In this document: positions 25,533 to 38,597 of the stretch, one piece after another | How the letters are laid out: each line of letters begins with the position of its first letter | How positions within the stretch are numbered: the stretch's first letter is position 1 | Translations under genes and position numbers: made by a program | Notes under the pieces: model-generated | Told to the model about the DNA's origin: nothing | What the model saw: only the letters and a program-made list of their open reading frames with translations | Databases searched by the model: none | Assembly: GCA_038087875.1 (NCBI GenBank) | Contig: CM075987.1 | Span: forward strand, 19,842,001 to 19,906,000 | Reading direction: 5' to 3' | From: Malacoraja senta | Taxonomy: Eukaryota | Length of the DNA: 64,000 nucleotides

Positions 25533-26010
25533 ATAGAACAGTACAGCTAAGGAACAAGCCCTTTGGCCCACAATGTCCATGATGCCTGGTTAAATTAATA
25601 TCCCCGCCTGATCCATATCCCTCAATTCCCTGCATATTTGTGTGTCTATCGAAGCCTCTACAAGCCTCTTAAATGCAGTATTGTATCTGCCTTTTCCACC
25701 TCCCCTGACAGTGTGTTTCAGACACCCACCACTTTCTGTGGGAAAAAAAACCTTGCCCTACACACCTTTTTTAGATTTTGTCCCTCTCACCTTAAAGCTA
25801 TGCCCTCTAGTATTTGACTTTTCCACACTGGGAAAAAGTTTCTGACTGTCTACCCTATCTCTGACTCATCATTTTATATACTTTTATCAGGTCTCCAGTG
25901 GTCCAGAGAATACAATCCAAGTTTGTCCTCTTAGCTATTACCCTCTAATTCAGGCAGCATTCTGGTAAACCCCCACTGCACGAAAACCACCACATCATTC
26001 CTGCATTGCT
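25533..26010 (-). mobile_element. CR1 LINE 3' fragment
   Basis: catagaacagtacagc..aacaagccctttggccc 3' end plus ctctcaccttaaagctatgccctctagt (RTRGHSFKVRG antisense). Confidence 0.8.
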
Positions 26011-26206
26011 TCTTTATTCCATCATTTAACAACACCATCTGAAAACATCAAATTTTCTACATGTACATTTTACATAGCTTTGCCTCACAACCAGCAGCCT
26101 TTTCCCAATCAATTCTAATGAATGGTCTTTGACCTAAAATTATACCTCTCTTTCTCCTTCTGTAGTTACTGCATGATCAAGGATTATCAACAGTTACAGC
26201 TGGAAT

Positions 26207-26965
26207 TGGTTATCAAAGATTTAGGATCTTGATCAGTTGGGCAAGTGGGCAGAAGAATGGGTTATGGAGTTTATTGTGGATAAATATGACGCATTGAATT
26301 TTGGGAAGTCTACCCAAGGCAGGACCTTCACAGTAAATAGCAGGTCTCTGGGGATCCAGGAGTGCAGGTACATAGTTCATAAAAAGTGGCATCACAGGTC
26401 TTATGGTGGTCAAGAAGGCTTTTAGCATATTGACCTTCATCAGTCAGGGTATTAAGTACAGAAGTTGTGATGTTATGTTGCAGCTGTACATGGCACTGGA
26501 GAGGCCACAATTGGAGTATTGTGTTCAGTTTTGGTCACCTAGCTATGGGAAAAATGTTAAGCTGGAAAGAGTGCAGAGAAGATTTACAAGGATGTTGCCA
26601 GGATTAGATAGCCTGAGCTGTATGGAGAGATTGATCAGGCTAGGACTTTATTCTTTGGAGTGCAGAAGAATGAAGGGTGATCTTACAGAGGTACATAAGA
26701 TCACGAAAGGATTAAATGCACAGTCTTTTACCCAGAGTAGGGAATCAAGTATTAGAGGAAAGATTTAATAGGAATGTGAGGAGCAACGTTTTCACACAGA
26801 GGGTGGTGGGCATATGGAATGACCTGCCAGAGGAGGCAGTTGAGGCTAAAACTATATATCAACATTTAAAGGACAATTGGACAGATACATGGGTAGGAAA
26901 GGTTTAGAGGGATATTGGCCAAACATGGGCAGGTGACACTAGTGTAGATGACGCTATGACTCTAT
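26207..26965 (+). mobile_element. CR1 LINE RT/C-terminal fragment
   Basis: ORFs 26237, 26403, 26716: LGKWAEEWVMEF, LQLYMALERPQLEYCVQFWSP...LERVQRRFTRMLPGL, FTQRVVGIWNDLPEEAVEA. Confidence 0.92.
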
Positions 26966-29900
26966 TCGCTGAGTTCACAGTATTTCCTGTTATTTCAGAT
27001 TATCATTTTTTTTATTTTCATTCTCCTGACCCCTCCATTGTATCTAAATTACCAGTCCATGTTTGCACTGTGCAACATATTCCTTCATTTAAAGACAGGC
27101 AAGCAAAATGCATTGCGTTGAGATTCTGTCACAGGCTTAGTTTCCTAGCCACTGATTATATGCACACTTGGTATCACATTGTATCTTCAGTTGAGTTTTA
27201 TATCTCATATCCGTACCATCTGTAAGTTCACCTTTTCTACCTTTGTGTTACTGTCCATCCCTGAATTGCTTCAACTCATCTTTTGCTAAAATTGTCATCC
27301 ATGCTTTTATTATATTCAGTCATGGGACTTCCACAAAACTTCTGCAACTAAAGACTGAAATATCAAATGCCAACAGGATCCTTTCATCAATTATCAACAA
27401 CTTTATATGGTGCCTGTGTTCCTGTAGGGATGGCATAATAGTATTTCCCTCTCGTAAATGCTATATACTCAATGTGCAATACGCATGGCATCCTGATGCA
27501 CTATTTGACAGAGCTGTCATCAGATAATTGTAGCAGGAGGTTGTAATCTGCCTAGCTGCCCATTACTTTTGCTGTGCATAAGCTATGCTAATAATATAAC
27601 ATAAGTGCACTCGTCCCAAATAAAATTCCAGCCAAATCTGCACCCCTGGTGCTGAGGCAGTGGAGTGTGGAGTCCTATTTCATGGCTTTGATCTTCATAA
27701 ACTGCATTTGACTTGCTAAGACTAAAGAGGTGTTTATCCCCATTTTGATAAAACTCCGAACCACACTTTTGCATTTTCAGTGTCACTGTTGATGCAAACT
27801 AAATGAAAATTGAACTGTTTATGAACATTTATATCTACATTTATAATCTTTCTAATGTTAGCATTTAGCCAGCCGCCTTATGTGATATGCTAAAACTAAC
27901 TGTTTAGTCAGCATTACTTATACAATCATATAATTTTTTTATGTAGGAGACCATTCAACTTATTATGTCCACCTAAAAAATCAAGCCTTTTGTGTTACTC
28001 TGATTCCTTAGCTTTACAAATTAAGGTGATTCAAGAGCTCACTCTGAAATATTTTGTAGGTATTGACAGTTTTTGCTCAACCAGCATTACAGGTAGATAA
28101 TTCCCAGCCAATATGGATGTTTGGATAGTAGATCGAGGGCCATTTGTTTTGAATTTGTCTCCATCCATCTATGTAGTTGTGGCAATGCATTGTGTTCTGT
28201 CGTGGAAATTCAGTTCCATTGACTTCACTGGAATGAATTTCACAAGCAGAGTTTTTAATATATTTTCTTATGATGTAGGAGATAATTTGGCCCATGAACT
28301 CTATGCCAGCTCTCAGAGCATTCCCTTCAGTAAAGATCCAAATCCGAAACGTCACCTATCCATGTTTACCAGAGATGCTGCCTGACTTGCTGAGTTACTC
28401 CAATACATTGTATCATTTTTTTGCTCACCAGCATCTTCATCTTGTATCTTCAGTTCTATACTCCCACTAATTTCTCTTAACCTATTCTCTCTAATATGCA
28501 TATCAATTCCCCCAGATTTGCCTGCCACCCATGTGCACTAGGGAAATTGGTAATTGACAGTTAACATACGAGCATGTCTTAAGAAGTTGCCTGCAGAAAA
28601 TTTTGCACAATTAACTGCGGATGGAATTTTAGGCTACAATATTGGTTCAAAATTATAACTGGATTTAAGATTAAGGAGTGAATAATTATTTCCCACTAGG
28701 CCTTGCAATAATAACAGGAGGCAACAAATCAGGATTAGGATGTAAAGTTTAGATGACAGAATGAAACAATTGGAGATGAAAATATTCAAGGGCCCAGTGA
28801 AAATTTGAAAATAAATGTAAGTTCTTTGAACGGTGGTGTAGTACTGGCATTGGTGGTTCATTGGCCAAAATGACCTTCTGCATTGAAATCTCAGTGATTC
28901 ATAGCATGGTAACATGCTGATTCAGTCTGAACACATGCCATTCAACATTTTAGTTTCATCATTTTGAGGCACAGCGCTGTAACTATCTCATGAAAATATT
29001 AACATTGAATTTATGGAATTGGTGCAAATTATTGCCAGAGATAAATTATGATCTGAGCAGGAATTGGTTCAGCATTAAGATTATGGTGATTTTTACTACG
29101 CAGCGGAGATTGAATTAAAGCCAATTTGGAACACATATAAATTCTAATGTGCAGTACAACCAGAGTTCCATTTTTTTCCCCTCTAGCTTATTGGTTTGGC
29201 TCCATCATATCACTTGCATTGAAAAATAGTCAGGTTCCTGCAGTGTTTGAAACTAGTGGGACTGTAATATAACATTTGTTTCTCTGCATCAACACACACT
29301 GTCAGGATAGGTTTTTCTTTTTCTGAGCTTTAAATCGAAATTTCTTTAGTTGGCCTGGAATAATAGGATATAAATCTACTCGTTATTTTAAACCATGCTT
29401 TTCCAGATGAAGATGGTCTGCCTGGATGATGTTTTACAAAATGTTTTTCGTGACTAAATTTCAAGAAAGGTCTTACAATGAGAATTGTGTGGATGGCAGA
29501 ACTTATCTATGGCAGAACTTAACTGTTCGTGTATGTGCTCAAACATGTCAGAATTTTGGTACCTAGAATATGCACTGAATGATATTATCCACTATGCAGT
29601 GACTGTTTTGAGTGTTGCCAGATAAAGTTAGGTCACATTCTACTGCTTTTGAAAATTCATTGGCAACTCACAGGGAATCTGAATGATTTAAAGTGTTATA
29701 GATTCACTTGACGCTAACTTCTGCACTGTGCCCTTGGGAACTCTGGTGACTAGCTGGGGAAATAGAAGCTGCTGCATGTTTATACTAGGATTTTGAATGA
29801 AGTGCCCTGTCAATTTTCCACATTACCTCATTGACACCAATGCTTCTGCTCCAATGTTGCTTGAGTTGGAGCTGCAAGACAATGTCATAGACAGGGCAGC

Positions 29901-30374
29901 ATATGCCTGCACAACCTAATGGAGACAGGAAGAAAGAGCTGACCACAAATCATATTCATTGAGGGTATTGGGTAAGTCCACATTTCCAGCACTCTGAACA
30001 GCAATGCATCCCGAGGCTGAGGTTTTCTGAGCCACTGGTGACAGAAAAGTACTACACTGGTGCCAGGTGTCACACCAAATGAAATTGGTGCTGGAATTAG
30101 AATTGGTGCTTGGTGGTATCAAGAAGTTATACATACTTCATATTTAAAATCTAATACATTTAATGACACAAAATATAAAGTTCAGTTCCAATGATTAATT
30201 TTTTGTTATATTACCTTTTTTCTGACAAACTTAGTTCTGATTAATTGAAATATTATTAACATTGCATACAGGAGGCAGGTTTGTACTCTGGTGGACTGCT
30301 AAATAATGGTTAAACTAATCTAAATTGGAATAAGTAAGTTATTTTGGGGTAGGTGGCTGTGACTGCAAGGGCAG

Positions 30375-30700
30375 TCATACAGCACCGAAAGCAGACCAAC
30401 TCGTCCAGGCCAATCAAGAATCCCCATCTACGCTTGTCGCATTTGCCTGCATTTGGCTAATAATGTCCCTCTAAATTTTGCATATCCATGTACTTGTCCA
30501 TGTGTCTGCTAAATTTTGTTTTTGTACCTGCCTCAACTACCTCCTCTGGCAGCTCATTCCATAAACCCACCATCCTCTGGGTGAAAATGTTGCCCCTCAG
30601 GTTCCTAATAATTTTTTCCCCTCTCAGCTTAAACCAATGTCCTCAGGTTCTTGATTACACCTACCCTGGGTAAAAGATGCTGTACATTCAGCTTATCAAT
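30375..30700 (-). mobile_element. CR1 LINE 3' fragment
   Basis: cctgcctcaactacctcctctggcagctcattcc...ctctgggtgaaaatgttgcccctcagg is antisense NLRGNIFTQR..WNELPEEVVEA. Confidence 0.82.
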
Positions 30701-30779
30701 TTGGTGGACCACAGGGGTGTAGACTTTGCTGCTGTTGTCCTGTGTGTTCACCTGTAATTTGGGTAAGGAGACCAAGTGT

Positions 30780-31545
30780 AATACTTATGTTTGTTGATGG
30801 TACAACGCTGTAGTAGTATGGCTGTGAGATGAATGTAGAAATGATTCAGATTAAGAGAATTGGTAAGAATATGGTAAATCAAATTTCATGTAGAAATATA
30901 GGTCAACTACTATGTTTTAAAAGAAATTTAGAAACAGAGTATTTTTTAACAGTGAGAGATTGCAAATATTGATGTCGAAGAGTCCTTGTGCACAAATGAT
31001 TGAAATTGAATTTACTGGTCTAGCGAGCAACTGGGAAAGTAAATTATATATAGTTTTTTATTGCTGGAGGATTTGAGTGTGCAGTAGGAATGTCTGACTG
31101 GAATTTTATAGCGCCTTGGTGAGATTGCACCTGGGATATTGTGAACAGGTCTGGTGTCTGCCAATTCAAGGATATACGGAAGGAGTGCAGGTCTGGGCTA
31201 GTGGGTTTGTAGTATGAGGAGTGATTAAGCAGACTATGCCTATATTCTCGAGTTTAGAAGTATGAAAGGTAATCTCATTAGAACATACTAACATAACAAG
31301 ACTTGTCAGGATCGATGTTGAGTTGATGTTGTCTAAACCAAAGCTCATTTGTCAAGGTGCACAACAAAGATGAGAAGAAACTACTCTCTTCTCATGAGGA
31401 TTGTGAAGGCTCCATTGCTGGGAGTTTTATATATGAAGATAATCAAAGGATATTGAGTTAGTGCATGAGTGGTGTTGATGGAAAAGAACAGCTACAATCA
31501 GCATAAGAGCTCAAAGGGCACACTCATGCTTCTATTTTTTAAACT
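30780..31545 (+). mobile_element. Very old CR1 fragment just upstream of the large exon
   Basis: Recognisable decayed blocks: tttgttgatggtacaacg (FADDTK), gccttggtgagattgcacctgggatattgtgaacaggtctgg (ALVRPHLEYCEQFW). Confidence 0.65.
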
Positions 31546-31725
31546 TGTTCAAATCAAATTTTGATAGTGTATTCTTGAATTTGATAGAATAACCAAAATA
31601 TATGAGAAACCTTTACAAGGCAACTTTGTTTTTTTTCACAAATCAATTTGTAAAGCAAGCTACTTAAAGACCCCACCTATGCAGACTTAATTGTTAATTG
31701 TTTTTATATTCTTTTTATTTTTCAG

Positions 31726-33140
31726 ATGTGGACATTCTCCAAAGGCTGGGCCTTACTGGGAAAAAAGCACAATCACAGTCATCATCATCTTCTGTAACGT
31801 CCCACTCTGTTCCTCAGGGGGTCATTCCTTTTAAATCAGGCGTTATTCTCACCCAGAGAGCACGCATCAAAACACCAGTTGCAGCACTCATTCCTGCCTC
31901 ATATGGCACTAACCTTGCCATAGTTTTGAGCTTATGCTCACATCGTATCAACAATGCTTTTTTATTTTCTGTTAGAAATAAGAAGAAAAAACTACAGCTT
32001 GGTGTTCAATTTATACCAGGTAAAATCATTGTGTACGTAGGACACAAACAGTCTGTATATTTTGATTATGACGTTCATGATGGCCAGTGGCACCACATGG
32101 CGATCAACATCAGGAGCCGAAAGGTTACTCTATATACTTCTTGTGGGAAGAATCGTACAAATGCAAATTTGCATTTCAAAAAGGAAGATTCTTTAGATCC
32201 TGATGGTTCCTTTCTTTTGGGAAAAATGAACCAAAACTCAGTTCAATTTGAAGGAGCCATTTGTCAATTTGATATTTATCCCTCTGCAAAAGCAGCACAT
32301 AATTATTGCAAATATATTAAAAAACAGTGTAGGCAGGCAGACATCTACCGACCGAACCTTCTCCCACTGCTTCCTGTTTTACCACAATTTCCTAATTCAT
32401 CTGTTATCACCTCTTCTCCATTAATGCTGCATAAAAAGACTGGAAAGGATGACAACTGTACAGAGAAGTCAGCTTTGATGGGCATGGCTCAAACGATGCC
32501 GAACATCAAGATCCAGACTAATAAACGTGCATCTTTGGAAACCACGACCCAGCCTGCTCTGTTGTCAACACAACGCCAGAGCACTGCTTCTCCCCATCGA
32601 CAGTTGCAAACAACAACACTTCTCCCAAGCACTGAACTTCTCCAGCTCCCTCCACGTATCAAATCTCCAACTACAGCCCCTGCTATGATGCTATCTCACA
32701 CAGCTCACGACAAATCAACCAAAAAGAATAATGTAAGGTTAACAAAGCAGCAAGGACCAAAATCTTCTGATATTACGACAGAGCCAGATATGAAAAAGAA
32801 AGCTAAAGTAACTGTAAATGTGACAACAAATCCAACATCAACAAAGCCAGTGAAAAAGAAACCAGAATACCAATCCACCGAGAGTCATTTTGAGACCCAG
32901 AAACCCTCAACAGTACTTGTGGAAAGACAGGATGAACAACCACAAAGGCATAACAAGCAGCCTTCAGAAAAGAACACTGAGCAAAAATCAACAACTCAAT
33001 ATGACTCTAGGGGTACCTACACTGTCATGACTGTAACACCTGCTGCCACAGATGGATACCAAACCTTTGGGATGGAAAGTTATACCGTTGACCCACTTTT
33101 TCAAGAACAACTAAGTATAAAAGGCGACCCTGGACCAATG
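31726..33140 (+). CDS. COL27A1: Collagen XXVII alpha-1, large N-propeptide exon (TSPN/laminin-G-like domain, Thr/Ser/Pro/Lys-rich variable region, first Gly-X-Y triplets; probable exon 3)
   Basis: Lies inside ORF 31698-33188. Acceptor ...tttttcAG (31724-25), donor GTAAGA at 33141 after GDPGPM (phase 0). [10 protein letters not shown]...[16 protein letters not shown]...[14 protein letters not shown]...HDGQWHH...[13 protein letters not shown]...[13 protein letters not shown]...AHNYC...KQC.QAD matches the COL27A1 TSPN domain as I recall it. Confidence 0.96.
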
Positions 33141-35279
33141 GTAAGATTCATGTCTTTATTATTTTCTCTAACTAAATTGATTGATTGAAATATACAGCAT
33201 AGAAACCGGCCCTTTGACCCACCAAGACCACGCCAACCATTGATCACCTGTTCCAACTACTTCTGTCATCCCACTTTCATATCCACTTCCTTTCTTTTTC
33301 ACAAAACTGAAGTTTTTAGCGGTGTTTGGTGGGTGTGGTATGGGGACAGTGGGGGCACTGATGCCCACCGGTACATCCATCAAGTGCACACTTTCAGATG
33401 TGTTCGAATTCCTTACTTTTTCAACAAACACCCTTGTCTTCTATTTAACTCTATACTTTTAATAATGTTTTAACACGACAAATATAATCACATTTTTACA
33501 AAAGATTGAGTTTGCATGAGCAGTGTATAGAATTTGTATAGAGTTATAGAGTCATGGAGTGATACAGTGTGGAAACATGCCCTTTGGCCCAACTCGCCAG
33601 CAATGTCCAAGTTACCCTAGTCCCATTTGCCTGTGCTTGGTCCATAACCCTCCACAACAAAGTATCAAAATACTTTTCATGTTGCTGCTCTCTGAAGCAC
33701 CTATCTTATTTGGATTCCGAGAGATATCACTCTGAAAATATGTTACAAGGATTTTTTATGTTACTAGGATCAGCCATGCCTCTTACATTTGATCGTTTTA
33801 CCTCCAAAATCTTGTTTATGAATTGTTTTTAAAAACAAAACAAATTTAGTGCTTGCTAACTTTATAAATTATTTCCCCGCTGCTAAATCTGGCTTGGAAT
33901 TTGTAATATGATTTTTTAAATCATATTACTGAGATCCTGACCTCAGTACCTGCCTAATTGGAGACCTTTGAACTATCTGTAATTGGAATTGATCAGATTT
34001 CATCTTGCACTAAATGTTGTGCCCTTTATCCTTTATCTGTGTATGGTGGATGGCTTGATTGTATTCATATCTGGTCTTTTCTTTAATAGGATAGCATGCA
34101 AACAAAGGTTTTTAATGCACCTCGGTACACATGACAATGATAAATTACACTAAATATTGGACTCACTAGCTAAAGGATCCAGTCCCATTTGCTGTCCTTT
34201 ATATTGAGTTGCAGAATAATGCTCAATTAAAATTAAGCCACTCAATTTGCCAATCAACTACTTTGCAGTTTTGATCCAAACGTGGACAAGGAGTTGATGT
34301 TACATTAAATTACTTCTAATTCGAAATTATGTAATCTGTGGGAATTATGTTACTCTTTACAGAAAAGCAAGGTAATTCTAAAGCCAAATTTGACTAACAT
34401 TATAAATTTGCATAGGTACAAAGAGATTACCTACTACAGTAGCTATGATGTGTGTTGGCCATGTCCAACATGACATAAACTATAGGATCTCTGTCAATAT
34501 ACCAATGCATTTCACATAGACTGGTCATTCAATTCACATTAAGATTGAAATCAAATTGTAGCTTTAAACAATTCCATTCACGTGACCGTATAAAATGGAA
34601 GCTTAAAAGACATTCTCATGGTTGCCTCATCCAGACAACAAGTACAGGATCTCCAATATATACCATTGTCACACACCCCTTAAGGCAATCTCCTCTGAAA
34701 ATGAAATATCCCACGAAAGGCCATGCAACCAATTCAGCAAAAACGATTGTGACTTTTTTTGTATTCTCTAAGGAATTGAACACGCTTATGGAAAAATTAA
34801 TTAATTATTCAGCTATTTTTCCTCTTCATATTCCGGTCTACATTTGCCACATTGGGTTTTAGATTTTGCTTGACTCTTTTGCTGTTCCTGTATTGGAAGG
34901 ATTTTTTTGGCACATTTACTTGCTGTATCATTGTTCAGATTTTCTTGGCTTTCCATTCCTTTATTCGACCTACATTGTACTCATCCCAGTTTTTACTATC
35001 CCTTCTTTCTATGAGGTTATCAAATATTTTTTGCTGTGAATCAGACTTTTAACTTTTAATTTTATGCATCTAGTATATTCCATGATAATTGTTTTAAAAA
35101 CTGTTTATCCTCATGGCGTACTCATAAGTAATGTTCTTGAGGTTTGGCCGGGTAGTTCTGAATTGATACAGAGTTGTTCTCAGTCACATTAAATATTGTA
35201 TGCAATGGCCACCAGAGACCTATAGCTCATCTACTTCCTCTCCCATCCAACAGCTTTCCTGAGTTATGGTGTTGTTCTC

Positions 35280-35750
35280 TCAGGAAGGCCATCGTGGTCT
35301 CAAACCTCATTTAGCTACTTAAAAGTGTAATCTAGGCTTACAATTCAAGACAGTGTGCAGGGATTTGCTGACCCTATTCTCCTTCAGATGAGAGAGTAAA
35401 TCGAAATAAAAGAACTGCAGATGCTAGAAATCTGAAATGAAACAAAATGCGATAAATACTCAGCACATGAGATGGCATTTGTTGAAAGAGAAACAGAATT
35501 AAAGTTTTAGATCAAAGATCCTTCTTCAACCCACACTCCATCTGCTAATGAATGTGGAAACCCATTGGCACAACTTGAGATCAGTCTGAAGAAGAGTCCC
35601 GACCAAAACATCACCTTTCCATGTTGTCGAGGGATGCTGCCCGACTCACTGAGTTACTCCAGCATTTTGTGTCTTTTCTTGAGGGGATTAGAGAGCTTTC
35701 CTGGTCTTGTAGCCAACCTTTATTCCTCAACTAACATCAACTGAAACTTG
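35280..35750 (+). mobile_element. Degenerate Deu-domain SINE (SacSINE1/AmnSINE1-like) interrupted by Penelope pLTR pieces (~35405-35680)
   Basis: ccttcagatgagagagtaaatcga and cctggtcttgtagccaacctttattcctcaactaacatcaactgaaac resemble the Deu-SINE core as recalled; related pieces at ~52070-52175 and ~58125-58272. Confidence 0.45.
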
Positions 35751-35907
35751 GTTGCTTCTTTTGGCAACAAAATACTGTAACTACAATTTGGAAGTAATTA
35801 ATTGACAGGAAAGTCCTATGGGAATTGTTAGGAATACGAAACCTTTCCACACTTCATCAAAAATTGTCTGAGAGATTTGATGAGGATGCAGGTCCACATT
35901 CTTCATG

Positions 35908-36375
35908 GAGCCATACAACACGTGAAGTGGACCCTTGGCCAACCAAGTTCGTAGTGGCCAGCAAGCACCCATTTTGTAATGGTCCCACACTAGTCACATT
36001 TTATTCTCCCCACACCCATCAGCTCTCTCTAGGTTTTACCACTCACCAACAACCCTGGAGCAATTTAGACTGCCGAGTTAATCATCCAACCCACTGTTTG
36101 GGAAGTGGAAGGAAACTGGGGGCCCTGGGTGGAAATGCATATGGTTATAAGTGATAGGAGTAGAATTAGGCCATTTAGCCCATCAGGTCTACTCCACCAT
36201 TCAATCGTGGCTGATCTATCTCTCCTTCCTAACCCCATTCTCCTGCTTCCTCCCCATTGCCCCTGACACCCTGGTCACTGGGAAAATATGCTAATTGCAT
36301 TCAGACAGCACCAGAGGACAGTATTGATCCCAGTTGCTGGATCTGTTTGGCAACAACTTGAATAGTTGTGCCACT
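35908..36375 (-). mobile_element. tRNA-derived V-SINE (HE1-like), old copy, with nested CR1 3' end (~36147-36270)
   Basis: Reverse complement starts agtggcacaactattcaagttgttgcc..., has the V-core (ccccagtttccttccacttccc) and ends in a CR1-type tail; homologous to 61256-61670. Confidence 0.65.
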
Positions 36376-36682
36376 TTTCTGACCCTCCACCTCCTTAGTA
36401 AAAGTTGTTTTCAATCAAGTTGTTTTAATCAGCTTGACTAATGTCCCCTCTATACGCTCAGAGTGCATTTTTATTTGACAATATCTCTATGAATTGCTTT
36501 GAAATGTTTTTCATTCTTATACAGCTGCACTTTATTTGGCATTTATAATTTTCATTGATGAGCTGCTTATACTATGTGAGATCACCGGTTCTTTTAATTC
36601 AAAGAATAATAATTCTGCGATGCATATTTAGGCTGTGTCTGTTTGAGAAGCATTCAAGAATTAAGGGATCTGATTAGAAGCG

Positions 36683-37039
36683 AGTTCGGTATTCTGACTG
36701 CGCCTGCTCAGGTCAAAGGTCACTATGCATAAGCAGCCCTGGAAAGCAGTGAAGCAGACCCGGGCCCGACACCGACCATGGACGAGCACGATCTCGCTCA
36801 CTCACCAAAGCATTATAAAGCAATAAAAATGACAAAATAATCTTAGCTTTTAATAAAGGAACAACAAATACAACTATTTCATAGTTTGAAAGCAATATTT
36901 TCTTACCTAGAAGAATCAAAGCTGGAAAAAACAGAATAAATGAAGGTCCACTGCTCTACTGCCTTTCAGGGCTGTTTATGCATAGTGACCTTTGACCTGG
37001 GCATGCACAGTTGGAAGCAGTTGGTTGGAATACCGAACT
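36683..37039. repeat. Long imperfect inverted repeat (~75-95-bp arms), probable ancient MITE/hairpin element
   Basis: Left AGTTCGGTATTC...CAGGTCAAAGGTCACTATGCATAAGCAGCCCTGGAAAGCAGT; right is its reverse complement ACTGCCTTTCAGGGCTGTTTATGCATAGTGACCTTTGACCTG...GAATACCGAACT. Confidence 0.85.
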
Positions 37040-38597
37040 ATATATAATATATATATATTATGCTCTCAGGAAACTGCACTTCTTTTCTCAGTTATGCTTT
37101 AAAATCATTTTATGAGTCACAATGTCCTTATCAATGAAGCGACTTTGGATTGGTTTTCTTGGAAGTGATAATTTGGAGTTAGAACTATTTGGTAAAGAAT
37201 TGGTTTTCTGCATCTCTATTCTATTGAGAAGATGTGGTCCAGAAAGATTTGTCTGTTTGCCCTGTTGCAGGCTGAGGTTATGTAAATTGCATGTTTAAAA
37301 ATGAAGGCTGGTTGACAAAGTGTTGGCAAATTGCTAATACTTCATGTGGTGGCAAGAATGCCAATGTTTGTTAGCATGAAATGTATTACTAATACATAAC
37401 AAATTAAACAAAGGACAAATATGTAGGAGATATCTAAACATCAGAGAATTATAGCAGCAAAGCTGAGGTTCTCAGAATTCACAATTGCATTCATAGATAT
37501 ATTGGCATTTAAGAAGCTTTTACATGAAATTGCACGGAATGGAGGGATATGGGTCCCATGCAGACCAAGGAGATTAACCTGGCCGTGTTTGACATGAACA
37601 TTATGGGCTAAAGGGCCAATTTCTGTGCTGTACTATTTTATGTTCTTATATCTGTTGATACAACAGTTTTAATTGTCTTGATAGCTGAGCATATCAATAA
37701 AAATGTTTCTATCAAGTAATGTTTTGTTTATAATACTCTGTCTCCAGTCCTCCAAGCTCTATAGAGACATAGTTATGAGTATTCATTTTTACGATAAAAG
37801 TAATGTTTTCAGTCTTTGTAATACGCAAATTGAGAAATCAGAATTATTATAGCCGCAACTACTGAGGATTTTTTGGAAGGGTTGCTCAGTCACTGATATG
37901 TGAAGACGTTGCTGGGGGTACAAACACACTCTTCATTTCATAGGTGGATGCTATTTATTGAGTTTGTTTGCTTCATTAGTTAATTCAATTCATATTCATT
38001 ATTTATTTTTACATAGAATGCATTGAAGAGATTTTAGAAGCAAACAGGAAAGTAAAATGTGTTGGCATTAGGTATTTAAGTATGTGGGGTTGATATTTCT
38101 AATCCTCACTCTGATAAGTTGTATAAATTCAAAATTATAAAAGAAATCACATAGAATTTTACCCTCAATGTTTTCACCCTTTGTAATTTTCATGAAGCTG
38201 AATTTTAAACTATCCCAGACTTGAGGAATACATTTAAAATAAGTTCCTGCTGTGCAGTTGTGAGTTCCATTTAATTTTTACAGATGTTATGTGGGTTTAC
38301 AGGGCTTGGCAAATTTACCAGTGAATGGGAGTTAGGATCTGGCTGCACATATTAAGTGGTTTCCAGCGCTCCTTGTGGACTCAGAAGCATTTAACCTCTC
38401 TTCTGCTGAACATAACCTTTCAACTGCCACAAGCACTAACTCTGCACAATGGACCTAAAACAACCTCCACCCCTTAACAAGCTCCGAATAATGACCTACC
38501 TCCTCCCATGATTGGTTGTCATATCAGCCAAAGCCCAGAACATTGACATTTCACCATGAGGTGTCCCAAGTAGCAGCCAGTAGACTACCAAACAAGC

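Noticed and set aside
31698..33188. 496-aa ORF as a stand-alone gene or truncated secreted isoform
   Set aside because: It starts at a TTG inside the polypyrimidine tract and runs 15 codons past a strong GTAAGA donor; I saw no AATAAA close downstream. It is an internal exon.
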